Shown here: positions 1 to 9,265 of the stretch, in pieces
Layout of the letters: each line of letters starts with the position of its first letter
Numbering within the stretch: position 1 is the first letter of the stretch
Assembly: GCA_051003195.1 (NCBI GenBank)
Contig: JBPCLP010000009.1
Span: forward strand, 128,001-192,000
DNA from: Candidatus Sumerlaeaceae bacterium
GTDB taxonomy: Bacteria > Sumerlaeota > Sumerlaeia > Sumerlaeales > Sumerlaeaceae
Direction: 5' to 3'
Length of the DNA: 64,000 nucleotides
The notes under the pieces: model-generated
Databases searched by the model: none
Told to the model about the DNA's origin: nothing
Seen by the model: only the letters and a program-made list of their open reading frames with translations
Translations under genes and position numbers: made by a program

Positions 1-1337
1 GGCGATCCGTTGGCAGTGGCCCCTGCCGTGCCGCAATCCATGTAGTGCCGCCACGCCGGCAGGGACGCTTCGGTTGTTAAGCGGGCCGCCACGTCTACGT
101 TCGTCCAGTACGCAGGGCTCAACGCACCAATCCGGCTGAAGCTTCCAGGCGCTTCGAGCCCGAAGTATGTGGACACAATTCCGCCGAGCGAGGACCCCGC
201 GACGCCAGTGTTCGCGGCATCGGTCAACGTGCGGTAGCCCGCATCTATGAGCGGCTTCAATGTATCGCGCACAAACGCGACATACTTCTCCGCTTTGCCG
301 TTGCTGATGCCACCCGGCGGCGCCAGCGGCGGCACGTACTCTGTATTGCGATCCGCAGTATTGTCGATGCCGACAACGATCAGCTCGCGCACCTGACCAT
401 GCGCTGTCATCCGGTCCAGCGTGCCGTCCACGTTCCAGTGGACCGGCGGAAAACCGCTTCCGGTTGCGCCGTAAAGGTTCTGGCCGTCGTGCATGTAGAG
501 CACTGGATACCGGCGGGTCGGGTGCGAATCGTATCCACGTGGAAGATACACCCGCAACTGCCGGGACAGCAGCCCCTGTGGCGAAGAAACAGCCGGGAGC
601 ACCTCGATCCGGCTGGTCGAAACTCCGCCGGCGGGCTCATAGTTGTAGATACCGCCATCCTGCAGCCAGGCAACGTCCAGGTACGTCTCATACAGCGCAC
701 CGCCTGCAGCAAAGTCGACTCCGCTGACGCCGTCGGTCAGCTTAAATTTCACGGCGCGACCCGGTGATCCAAAGCCATTCGCCCGCCACCGCCGTTCAGC
801 CACACTGCGGCCCGCGGCGACGTTCGTCATTGTTGTGTCGCTGAAGATGCCTGGCGAGGTCTCAACCAGCAAGTGCGGCTGCGCCCACGAGGAGAGGTAA
901 TAGAGTGTTTTGGTGGTTGCAAGCGGCAGGCCGCCGCTTGAGCTCGTGGTGGTTGTCGTCTGCTGTGATCCAATCGGGGTGCCGTTCGAAGGCGAGCCGA
1001 CATTTGCGTAGGAATCACTGCGATTATAAAAGCGATATGTAATGCCCGTCTGTGGCGGAAGTCCAATGGTTCCGCGCCACACCGCGCCGGTGTTATATGT
1101 CAGTTTTGGCGCAATGGTAAGGTCGTTCGACCCAAGTTCGGGACCCGTGCCCGACACAAAGATACTGTTGCCGAAGCCAACGTCCAATGTGTGGCTGAAC
1201 TGCACGGGGACAAGCTGGTCCGGGGAGAAGCCAAACACCATTGGTGTACCTGCCGCTACCAGTACTAGCGGCGCGGCCGATGCGAACACGACGCACGCAT
1301 TTTTGCATCGCCAGCGGCATTTTTGAAACTGAAACAA
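1..1337 (-). CDS. Secreted CBM20-like domain + alpha/beta-hydrolase (putative esterase), 3' end runs off the window
   Basis: Absent from the ORF track; translated by hand. TTG at 1337 directly follows the GH13 stop. Sequence: hydrophobic leader, VQFSHTLDVGFGNSIFVSGTGPELG...WRGTI (CBM20-like), RVYLPRGYDSHPTRRYPVLYMHDGQNL and the GSSLGG nucleophile elbow. Confidence 0.85.
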   Translation of the reverse strand, partial: MFQFQKCRWRCKNACVVFASAAPLVLVAAGTPMVFGFSPDQLVPVQFSHTLDVGFGNSIFVSGTGPELGSNDLTIAPKLTYNTGAVWRGTIGLPPQTGITYRFYNRSDSYANVGSPSNGTPIGSQQTTTTTSSSGGLPLATTKTLYYLSSWAQPHLLVETSPGIFSDTTMTNVAAGRSVAERRWRANGFGSPGRAVKFKLTDGVSGVDFAAGGALYETYLDVAWLQDGGIYNYEPAGGVSTSRIEVLPAVSSPQGLLSRQLRVYLPRGYDSHPTRRYPVLYMHDGQNLYGATGSGFPPVHWNVDGTLDRMTAHGQVRELIVVGIDNTADRNTEYVPPLAPPGGISNGKAEKYVAFVRDTLKPLIDAGYRTLTDAANTGVAGSSLGGIVSTYFGLEAPGSFSRIGALSPAYWTNVDVAARLTTEASLPAWRHYMDCGTAGATANGS

Positions 1338-1340
1338 GTC

Positions 1341-4295
1341 TTACTGCCTCAACAAAATCGCGGTGGTGTGTGGCTCCAGCTTTAGCTTTAACTTGCCGTC
1401 TGCGCCAGGCTGCACAGTCTTAGTACTCGCGCCGACCTGCACCGTGGTGCGCGCGGAGCCTTCACCATTCGCCGGCGCAACCGTCACGGCCGGGTCGGTT
1501 ACTAAATCCACGTAGCCCTTTACGCCCGCCGGCTGCGCGCCGCCCGTCGTGCCCGCGTTCCAATACTCCGCCTGCACGGGCACAGTAACTTCCCGTACTT
1601 CACCGGAATCATTCGTGGCGATGATCACCGACTCTTTATCATTGAAACGACGGAACGCGAACACCCGCGCAGCGTCATCTGCCAGCAGCGGTTCGTAATC
1701 GCCGGTGTTCAGTGCCTGCACCGAATTGCGGATCGCTGCGCAGCGCTGGAAGTACGCAAACACGTCGTCCATCACGTGGTTTTCTTCAGGCTTTTCGTAC
1801 GGCTGCAGGTCCTTCCACAACATAGGCTTGCGATCTTCCGGATCGTCCGCGCTCCACATTCCAGCCTCATCGCCGTAGTAAATCATGGGTGAGCCTACAT
1901 AACAGAACTGCACTGCCACGAGCTGCTTCATCTTCTGGTAAACTTCAGGTCGCGGCTTCTGGCTCGAGTACGTCTTGTGCTGCTGCTCCTGCTGGCGATT
2001 GGCCGCGTCAAACTGCCGACCCGGATTAAACAGCTGGCTCACCAGCCGATCCGTATCGTGGCTGTCCATCAGGTTCATCATCACATAGTTTGATTGCTCC
2101 GGCACCAGGTGCAGCATGCGCGCCCAGTCCTGCTGCAGGTCGCTGGCCTTACCGCTGTTTGTGATAAAGCGTGTCAGCGCTTTGGCCATCTGGTAGTTCA
2201 TGACGGCGTCAAACTGGTCACCCTTCAGCCACTTCGCCGGCGGATCCCAGATCTCCCCCAAAATAATCGCGTTTGGGTTCACGCCCTTTACCACGGCGCG
2301 CCATTCCGACCAGAACTTCCCGCTCACCTCGTTCGGAACATCGAGGCGCCAGCCGTCGATTCCGTCCTCGGGATTACCGTCGCCGTTGGGGTCCATCCAG
2401 CGGCGGGTGATGCTTTTGATATGCTCGCGCAGGCCAGGATCCACGAAGCCATTTTCGTCCTCGCGCAGCACAGGCAGACCACCAAACCCTGCCCATCCTT
2501 CGTACTCGAACGGCTCCCAGCTTTTCACCTGGTACCAGTTCGCAAACCGCGACGCCTTGCCGTTTTTCTTCAGGTCTACAAATGCCGGGTGCAGCGTTCC
2601 CGTGTGGTTAAACACGCCGTCGATGATCACCTTCATCCCCATTGCGTGCGCGCGCTTCACGTACTCGAGGAACAGCTTGTCGCTCTCCGTCCAAGTCCAC
2701 GTTTTCGGGTCCAGCAGATCTTCTTTCGCATTTGCCTTTTCCCAGTCTCCCATCGTTCCGAAATGCTCATCGATGTGCCGGAAATCTTGCGCATCGTACT
2801 TGTGCAGACTCTCGCTCTGGAACACCGGGTTGAACCACACCGCGCCCACACCCAGCTCCTTCAGGTACGGCAGCTTTTCCAGGCAGCCCTGCAGATCACC
2901 GCCGTAACGCCGAGAGAACACACCCATCTCCATCGCGGGGCCAGTCTCGGTGCCGTCCTCTGCGCGCGTCCACCAGTCGCTGGTCCACTTGCGCATCCCG
3001 ACTTTTGGATCGTTCTTGGGATCGCCGTTGCGGAAGCGTTCGGGAAAAATTTCGTACCAGACGACGCTCCGCGCCCAGTCGGGAGTGGAGAAGATGTCGT
3101 TGGCAGCAACTGTCCGAATAAATGGTGAACCGGCGGGTTCATCCGCGGGCGCAACTCTACAAGAGGTCGCGCCACGAATGTCGAGATGTTCTCGCGGACC
3201 TTTGTCGTGCAATGTGAACTCATAACTAAACGTATGGGGCGGTTTTAGAGCGGGAACATCGGCATACCTTCCGCCTTCTTCCAGTTTGGTCCGGAAATAC
3301 TGAAATCTTTCGTCTTCATACTCCGGCTGCATTCCTAATCCGGTTCCGCCAATCTCGATTCCTGCGAATTCCACATCATGCGCGGCGGCGCGTACCTTGA
3401 TTACAATGCTGCCGTCTTGCAGTAAATTGAAGTAGTCGATTGATGCCGGATCGTGGTGCAGCGCATCGGAGAGAATTTTGCCGTCGCCGACTTTCTCCTC
3501 GCTGATCTTGAAGCCCGCGGCCGCACCCACCCGCACCACGCTATTCTTTCCGCCGTTGCCGTCGTCTTCGGTCTCAACGTTATCTGGATCCTGCTTCCAG
3601 TCGGTTCCGTTCACCACGAACTTGTATGCGTAATCGTCGTTATCCAAAAGGATGGTCGTCGTAAATGTATCGCCGGACTTGAGCATCTCGTCCTTGTTGC
3701 CGACCCATCCGTTGAACGTGCCGGCGACATAAACCTTCTGCGCGCCCGGCGCTTTAAACTCGAAAGTGACTTTGCCTTTGCCACCCGGCAGCAGTTCAAC
3801 TTTAGGTCGTGGCGCGGACACTCCTGTCCGCGATCCTGCGTTCCCAACTTCGCGGGCAAGAGTGCCCGCGCCACTGCTGGGGACGTTTACAACACTATTG
3901 TTCCCGCCCTGGCCGTCTTCTGTCTTTTTCGGGTTCTCCGGATCTTCCTTCCACTCCGACCCGTTCAGCACAAACTTGTATGGGTGCTCACCCTTAGTCA
4001 GCGACACCGTTGTCGCGAATACGTCCGCCCCTCCGCGCGTCATCGGCGTGGCGTCGGTGCTCCAGCCGTTGAACTCCCCGGCAACATGCACGCTCTTCGC
4101 GCCGGGCGCGCTCAGCCGGAAACCCACATCATACTTCCCAGCCTCGCGTGTGCTTGTTGTCACCACGGGCTGCGCAACAGCAACGCCAGCTAACACGGCG
4201 AAAAAAACCATCCCAATGCGCAAGTAACCGGGCAGCGTAGCTGCTTTGGAGTGCGCAAGCTTGCTTGCGCTTTGTCGTGACATTCCGCCGTTCAA
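1341..4295 (-). CDS. Secreted GH13 neopullulanase/cyclomaltodextrinase-like amylase with two N-terminal CBM48/AMPK-type domains
   Basis: Two repeats AxxVxVAGxFNGW...YKFVxNGxxWKxDP; GH13 regions DGVFNH, GWRLDVP, GEIW, DSHDT with intact triad; signal peptide ...MVFFAVLAGVAVA/QP. True start may be 4283, 4223 or 4211. Confidence 0.93.
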   Translation of the reverse strand: MNGGMSRQSASKLAHSKAATLPGYLRIGMVFFAVLAGVAVAQPVVTTSTREAGKYDVGFRLSAPGAKSVHVAGEFNGWSTDATPMTRGGADVFATTVSLTKGEHPYKFVLNGSEWKEDPENPKKTEDGQGGNNSVVNVPSSGAGTLAREVGNAGSRTGVSAPRPKVELLPGGKGKVTFEFKAPGAQKVYVAGTFNGWVGNKDEMLKSGDTFTTTILLDNDDYAYKFVVNGTDWKQDPDNVETEDDGNGGKNSVVRVGAAAGFKISEEKVGDGKILSDALHHDPASIDYFNLLQDGSIVIKVRAAAHDVEFAGIEIGGTGLGMQPEYEDERFQYFRTKLEEGGRYADVPALKPPHTFSYEFTLHDKGPREHLDIRGATSCRVAPADEPAGSPFIRTVAANDIFSTPDWARSVVWYEIFPERFRNGDPKNDPKVGMRKWTSDWWTRAEDGTETGPAMEMGVFSRRYGGDLQGCLEKLPYLKELGVGAVWFNPVFQSESLHKYDAQDFRHIDEHFGTMGDWEKANAKEDLLDPKTWTWTESDKLFLEYVKRAHAMGMKVIIDGVFNHTGTLHPAFVDLKKNGKASRFANWYQVKSWEPFEYEGWAGFGGLPVLREDENGFVDPGLREHIKSITRRWMDPNGDGNPEDGIDGWRLDVPNEVSGKFWSEWRAVVKGVNPNAIILGEIWDPPAKWLKGDQFDAVMNYQMAKALTRFITNSGKASDLQQDWARMLHLVPEQSNYVMMNLMDSHDTDRLVSQLFNPGRQFDAANRQQEQQHKTYSSQKPRPEVYQKMKQLVAVQFCYVGSPMIYYGDEAGMWSADDPEDRKPMLWKDLQPYEKPEENHVMDDVFAYFQRCAAIRNSVQALNTGDYEPLLADDAARVFAFRRFNDKESVIIATNDSGEVREVTVPVQAEYWNAGTTGGAQPAGVKGYVDLVTDPAVTVAPANGEGSARTTVQVGASTKTVQPGADGKLKLKLEPHTTAILLRQ
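4245..4273. repeat. REP-like palindrome TTTGGAGTGCGCAAGCTTGCTTGCGCTTT
   Basis: GGAG followed by the hairpin GCGCAAGC-TT-GCTTGCGC; same end sequences as the element at 48906-48944. Confidence 0.5.
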
Positions 4296-4373
4296 CGTGC
4301 TGTCCGCCTTCCGTTTGTCGTTCCGCCTTCAGGCGGGCTTCTCTATACGCCACGCCACAACCAACTAAACCTG

Positions 4374-4396
4374 CCCGCGAGACGCGGGCGCTCCCA
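4374..4396. repeat. REP-like palindrome GCCCGCGAGACGCGGGCGCTCCCA
   Basis: Hairpin GCCCGCG-AGA-CGCGGGC followed by CTCC (GGAG on the other strand). Confidence 0.4.
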
Positions 4397-4422
4397 GCGA
4401 CGCCGCCTCTCATAAATAGCAG

Positions 4423-4457
4423 AAAAATTAAGGCCGCCCCACCGAAGTGAGGCGGCC
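4423..4457 (-). terminator. Rho-independent terminator after the X25-repeat gene
   Basis: Minus strand GGCCGCCTCAC-TTCG-GTGGGGCGGCC-TTAATTTTT. Confidence 0.75.
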
Positions 4458-4494
4458 CCCTGTCACATCGTTGCTATTTCAGCGACTCTGCGGA

Positions 4495-6054
4495 TCAGTA
4501 CATTGACCAGTCGTTCACGCCTGCGCCGGGCAAGTTGTTGAGGAATGATGCACGGAAAGGAGCCGTCGGCGTAACAGCATTGGCGAACGCCGCGATTCGG
4601 CCGGTGATCGCATCGATCTGGAAATTGACCGTTCCGGCATTGGAGGTAAAGGGAATCTCAGGATTGCTGCCGCCACGCGTATATCCGGCTCCCGGGCAGC
4701 CAAACTGGTACTCATAGCCCCCAAGAACACAGCCCTTCCAATTCTGCGCCGTAATCGGGAGGAAAGCCGTGAAGTTTAGTCCGAAAAGCTTGTCACCCGC
4801 CGCAAGATCACCGCTGGCTCCAGTGTCCACAAGCGTGAAGTTGGTGCTGGTTGGATCCCATTCCGCACCGCCAAGCTCATCTTGAACTGCACCAACTACA
4901 TTTGGCACCGCAACATGCCGGCTATTCGGATCGGTCCAGACATACCTGGTGTCCGGGCTGTACCCGTCGCTGCGCACATTGGTGTCGAAGTGAACCAACA
5001 CGGTTTGCCCCGTGGTTGCGATGTCGATGGGATAACCACCCGTGCCCGGATACTGCGGACCAACACCCTGCTTAACATTTACAGTGAAGCCCGCACCGCC
5101 GGCGGTTGTGGTCACCAGCCGCGAATGAATTCCGTCGCCGGAAATCGCATCGCCATTAGTACCATTATCATACATCTGGGTTGTCGCGTTCAGGTTAACG
5201 TTCCATGCGGACGACGTGGCGAAGAACGGCGGGCCGGGGTTCGCCAGCGGATTGCTGTTGGTGACCTTGGTACGTCCGGTACTCGAATCAAAAAGCACTT
5301 TGATCTGGTCCGAAGTCGCAAAGATATTGGCGCTCAGGTTCCCGCCGCCCGTTGCATAACCGATGTTGCTGACCTGTCTGGCATAGTCGTTCGCAACGGT
5401 ATTTGACGGATTAACAAGGATTTTGAATTCGTAGCTTCCTGCAGCAACACCGGTGAAGCTCAGCGTGAAAATTCCGTCGCCGGAAGCCGTGTCGCCTGCA
5501 GTGCCCGAGTCATTCATGTTTCCCGTTGGGTCGGTCGTCGTCCAGTCATTGCCGCCAAGTTCGCTGATAAAGTTGCCCACCACACGTACCGTATTACCAG
5601 GCGCAACCGGTGAAGGACTAGTGTACAGCAGGCCTACAAAGGCGTTTACGCCGGGATCAGGAACATATCCGTCGTTTCTCGTCGCTGTATCAAAGAGGAA
5701 CTTCATCGTGCCAGGCAAATAACGGCTCCAGCTATTGTCAAAGCCCCCGGGATAGCTGAAAGCCCACTGAGCACTCGGAGCTCCAGAGCCAATTTTCCAC
5801 AGGAAGCGCTGATTGAGCGTCGCGGCTGGGGAGGAAGTAATTGTAACGTTACGGCTCCAAATATTGTCGCTGGCAACCGTATCACCGCCGGTTCCATCGT
5901 TGAGCAACTGCAGAGCGCTCGAAGTACCAGGATTGAAATTGTCCAGCGGGGGATTTTCGCCCGTCGCGAAAATGGTAAAACCGTTATAAGTGTTTTGTGC
6001 ATTCGCTGTAAATGCCAGTACGCTGATCGCACCCGCCAAAATGATTTGTTTCAT
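4495..6054 (-). CDS. Secreted non-catalytic protein with X25/choice-of-anchor-X-like repeats and C-terminal VNDWSMY tail; putative starch-binding protein
   Basis: Signal peptide MKQIILAGAISVLAFTANA and AGGAG RBS. Four D-x-G-x-x-G-D-x-x-x-x-D motifs; two VVG..xELGG..W modules, one with GSYEFK. No catalytic motif seen. Confidence 0.75.
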   Translation of the reverse strand: MKQIILAGAISVLAFTANAQNTYNGFTIFATGENPPLDNFNPGTSSALQLLNDGTGGDTVASDNIWSRNVTITSSPAATLNQRFLWKIGSGAPSAQWAFSYPGGFDNSWSRYLPGTMKFLFDTATRNDGYVPDPGVNAFVGLLYTSPSPVAPGNTVRVVGNFISELGGNDWTTTDPTGNMNDSGTAGDTASGDGIFTLSFTGVAAGSYEFKILVNPSNTVANDYARQVSNIGYATGGGNLSANIFATSDQIKVLFDSSTGRTKVTNSNPLANPGPPFFATSSAWNVNLNATTQMYDNGTNGDAISGDGIHSRLVTTTAGGAGFTVNVKQGVGPQYPGTGGYPIDIATTGQTVLVHFDTNVRSDGYSPDTRYVWTDPNSRHVAVPNVVGAVQDELGGAEWDPTSTNFTLVDTGASGDLAAGDKLFGLNFTAFLPITAQNWKGCVLGGYEYQFGCPGAGYTRGGSNPEIPFTSNAGTVNFQIDAITGRIAAFANAVTPTAPFRASFLNNLPGAGVNDWSMY

Positions 6055-6082
6055 GTTCTTGCTCCTTTACGCTCCGTAATTA

Positions 6083-6805
6083 TTATTTGTGTGCGAAACC
6101 CTGGGTATCGCTGAAAATTACAACGTCGCCTTTGGAAGCCGTTCCGTTCGTTGCGTCGTACGATCGGGCATTTGTGCTCGGCTCACCGGTCTGCTGCGTA
6201 TCAAAGTCGTCGAGATTGTTGGGCCCGACGCTCTTCACGCCCCACGATCCCTTGGTTTTTTCGGCGAATTGTTCAGCCAGAGATCCGCCGTTGGATAGCC
6301 GATAAACTAACCGATCGGTTTGATAAGTACCATCCCACTCCGACGGGTTTCCCGTGCTAATACCGTATCCGTTGGCCAGCGGTGGCCCGTCTGGGTGCTT
6401 CGCGCAAACATACAGGTAGAGTACGCGGCGGGTGCAATGGCGGTTCGGCGTGACGTTATTCTGTCCGATTTTCTCCTCTTTAAACGGCGAGCGGGGGACC
6501 GATGTAAGGTAGGAAATCGGCGTTGAAAGCCGATCCATTCCTGCTCCCGCGAGATTTTCAAAAACTCCGGCACCATAATCCGTTTCCGGATACTTGTTGT
6601 TATCTACCATGTAACTTTCGAGACCGGTCCGAATCGTGCGCATATCGGCCGCGCAACGGCTGACCTTGGAGCGCGTTTGCGCTTCCAGGAAGTTAGGCAC
6701 TGCAATCGCCGCCAGGATCGCGATGATCGCTACCACGATAAGCAACTCGATGAGGGTAAAGCCCGTTTTGCGGCGAAGCTTCATTAAATAGAACATCGCG
6801 GACAA
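6083..6805 (-). CDS. Type IV pilin-like protein (prepilin cleavage/methylation motif)
   Basis: RRKTG/FTLIELLIVVAIIAILAAIAVP; C-terminal SVGPN...YDATNGT. Confidence 0.9.
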   Translation of the reverse strand: MSAMFYLMKLRRKTGFTLIELLIVVAIIAILAAIAVPNFLEAQTRSKVSRCAADMRTIRTGLESYMVDNNKYPETDYGAGVFENLAGAGMDRLSTPISYLTSVPRSPFKEEKIGQNNVTPNRHCTRRVLYLYVCAKHPDGPPLANGYGISTGNPSEWDGTYQTDRLVYRLSNGGSLAEQFAEKTKGSWGVKSVGPNNLDDFDTQQTGEPSTNARSYDATNGTASKGDVVIFSDTQGFAHK

Positions 6806-6904
6806 CCTTAGCCTTCCGTGACTCGTGACGAGCGTAATATGATGCCTCGTGTTCCGCGGTTGTAACCCAGCCCGGATTGCGGAGGCAACTGAGAGTGGAC
6901 AAAG

Positions 6905-6945
6905 ATCGAACCGGTTTAATCAAGACAAATTTTAAACCGGTTTAA
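6905..6945. promoter_or_regulatory. Pair of LacI-family-type operators
   Basis: ATCGAACCGGTTTAAT (6905-6920) and the perfect palindrome TTAAACCGGTTTAA (6932-6945), upstream of the 6805 pilin gene. Confidence 0.75.
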
Positions 6946-6999
6946 GAAAACCCCGTTTTCCCCGGCTGTACGTATATAACACTCCCTTAAACACGGCAC

Positions 7000-7641
7000 C
7001 TATTTGTCGAACACCGCGTTGGTCCGCCACACAGCACCCCGGCTGGTCGTTCCGTTGGTTGCATCGTAGCTTTCCAGTACCCTCCGGCGGGTCGTAAACA
7101 GCGGAATGGGCGTGCCTGTATCGAATGGCGCGTTGTTGAAATCCGGTCCAGGGCTATTCATGAACCAGGCGGTCGACGCATTCGCATCGAAGTACTGCGT
7201 AAATGCGATATCGAGCGTGAACAGATTGAAGCCGTCGTTCGGGCTTAAAGGATCGATTGCGGTCTGTCGGTCGGTGTAATCGAATGTCGAAGTGTTGGGG
7301 CTGCCGCTGTCGGGAAATTTGGTCCGCTTGAGGCGGAACGTGTCCACCGGGTACGACGACATATAGGCAACGGGCGTCGTAACGTTGAGCAACCGGTTGT
7401 TAAAAACCCCCGTGATTCGCGCAAAGGACGCGTCCGGATACTTGTTGTTGTCGACCACATAGGACTCAATTGCCGTGGCGATGCTTCGCATATCGGCCTT
7501 GCAGCGGCTGACCTTCGAACGCACCTGCGCCTCGAGAAAATTTGGCACTGCAATAGCTGCCAGAATCGCGATGATTGCCACCACGATGAGCAATTCGATA
7601 AGTGTGAAGCCCGCCCTGGAATATTTGTGTCTTCGAACCAT
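7000..7641 (-). CDS. Type IV pilin-like protein
   Basis: SRAG/FTLIELLIVVAIIAILAAIAVP; TTPVAY; SPGPD...YDATNGT. Confidence 0.9.
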   Translation of the reverse strand: MVRRHKYSRAGFTLIELLIVVAIIAILAAIAVPNFLEAQVRSKVSRCKADMRSIATAIESYVVDNNKYPDASFARITGVFNNRLLNVTTPVAYMSSYPVDTFRLKRTKFPDSGSPNTSTFDYTDRQTAIDPLSPNDGFNLFTLDIAFTQYFDANASTAWFMNSPGPDFNNAPFDTGTPIPLFTTRRRVLESYDATNGTTSRGAVWRTNAVFDK

Positions 7642-7744
7642 TTAATGCCGACCTGATGATTGGATGTCATACCGCTGGCCGCTATCGAGGGGACCACGAA
7701 GTATGGGGGAATCAGAAGGTCCGTCTACGGAAATCGCAACCAGA

Positions 7745-7758
7745 TTCAACCGGTCTAA
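7745..7758. promoter_or_regulatory. LacI-type operator, third copy
   Basis: TTCAACCGGTCTAA; its reverse complement TTAGACCGGTTGAA matches 59313-59326 at 13/14. Confidence 0.6.
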
Positions 7759-7773
7759 TTCGCGGGCTTCTAC

Positions 7774-9072
7774 TCAGCCGTTAAACCATTCCACCCAGGG
7801 TAACCGGCCCGGCGCAACTGTCCGGTCGACTAAAAAGCTCATGCCCATCACCAGGATAACCGAAGACGCGCCTACCAGCACATATTTCGCCCACCGCGGC
7901 GAGTACTTACGTAGCGCCTGCAGCGATGGCCAAAGCAGGCAAAGAATCAGTAACTGCCCGATTTCCACGCCCACATTGAACGTCAGAAGGCACGCCACGA
8001 GCTGACCCTTCGACCCCGCCGTGGCCCCGCCTGCGCCCAGCAGCTCCCGCAATACTCCCGCAAAGCCAAGTCCGTGAATCAGGCCAAAGCCAAACACCAG
8101 CGCCCAACGCCAAGGGATCTGGCGGTTCCTCAATACCAGGTTTTCCAGGCCCACATAAGCAACACTGGCCGCGATGATTGCCTCCACGATCTGCGGACGC
8201 GAAATCTTGAGCACCTCCAGCGAGGTTAGAATCAGGGTGATGCTGTGCGCGATGGTAAACGCCGTGATCACCTTGATCAGGTTCTTAAAGTTTGGCGCTA
8301 TCAGGATAATACCCACGACGAAAAAGACGTGGTCCCATCCGATCAGGATATGCCAGATCCCTTCGAGCAGGTAATCCAGCATCAACGCCCAGGTGCTCGT
8401 TCCAGCCGTAGCCGTGCTGCTTATTGCACCCGTATCGCTACCGACATGCGCAATAGTGAGCGTAGTCATTGTCGCAACCGTAGTCGGACGGTCAGCTGTT
8501 ACGACTGCAGCTTCCGCAACTGCCCCTGAATCGTACACCTGGTGTCCTGTTGCCTGAAGCGTTACGTGATTGCCGCGATCGAGGATGGTCACGGTGTTGC
8601 GCTGCGTTCCGACAATCGCGGACCCATCCACCGGAGAGCTGATGAAACTACGAAACAGGTTTGGATCGATCCTTACACGCCCAAACTGCATGCCCGGGGG
8701 CGCGCTATAGGTCATCGTGAATTCGATCGTATGCGGCTCGTTCGTGAACCCTTCAGTCGACTTCACCTCCGCCTGCGAACTCTGCGGCAGCAGGGGAATT
8801 GCATCGGTCGTAAACTTCAGCATCAGCGGGACGCCCTGCTCCAGCATCATCTTTCCCAGGTCGAACTCCTCGCGCGACATCCGCCCGTTGCGGTCGCGGT
8901 CAACCGGCGGCGCGAGCAGCACCGCATCGAGGGCGGCAATGTTGAGCACAATCGTTGCCGAGGATGCCTCGATTTGGATTTGCGTGCTCATTCCTTTATA
9001 CTCATGCGCCCGTACCGCGCCCATACAGGTGACCATTAACAGCCAGACGAAGATCGCTCTCACTGCACCCAC
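7774..9072 (-). CDS. HupE/UreJ family membrane protein with extracytoplasmic N-terminal domain
   Basis: GIWHILIGWDH, TAFTIAHSITL, FGLIHGLGFA, FNVGVEIGQ. GTG at 9072 with GGAGG chosen over the ORF-track start. Confidence 0.85.
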   Translation of the reverse strand: MGAVRAIFVWLLMVTCMGAVRAHEYKGMSTQIQIEASSATIVLNIAALDAVLLAPPVDRDRNGRMSREEFDLGKMMLEQGVPLMLKFTTDAIPLLPQSSQAEVKSTEGFTNEPHTIEFTMTYSAPPGMQFGRVRIDPNLFRSFISSPVDGSAIVGTQRNTVTILDRGNHVTLQATGHQVYDSGAVAEAAVVTADRPTTVATMTTLTIAHVGSDTGAISSTATAGTSTWALMLDYLLEGIWHILIGWDHVFFVVGIILIAPNFKNLIKVITAFTIAHSITLILTSLEVLKISRPQIVEAIIAASVAYVGLENLVLRNRQIPWRWALVFGFGLIHGLGFAGVLRELLGAGGATAGSKGQLVACLLTFNVGVEIGQLLILCLLWPSLQALRKYSPRWAKYVLVGASSVILVMGMSFLVDRTVAPGRLPWVEWFNG

Positions 9073-9109
9073 GTTCCCGCCTCCATACCTTCTTTTGAGC
9101 GGCGTGTTA

Positions 9110-9131
9110 GGACAGACATTCCTGTCTGTCC
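9110..9131. repeat. REP-like palindrome GGACAGACATTCCTGTCTGTCC
   Basis: Perfect 9-bp stem in a divergent intergenic region. Confidence 0.45.
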
Positions 9132-9265
9132 AGTGCCAGATATTCGCCGAGGCCATCCAGTGTTGAGGAATTCGCGGGCTCTCTTTTTTGCTCGTGCTTG
9201 ACATTCTCCCCGGCTCACGCCCAGCGCCTGATCGAATCGTTCCAAACCCATTTGGAGGTTTTCCA

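Noticed and set aside
2094..3128. 344-aa plus-strand ORF (similarly 60612-61745, 35428-36219, 25121-26119, 10417-11478)
   Set aside because: Antisense shadows of well-supported genes in GC-rich DNA; no recognisable motifs.
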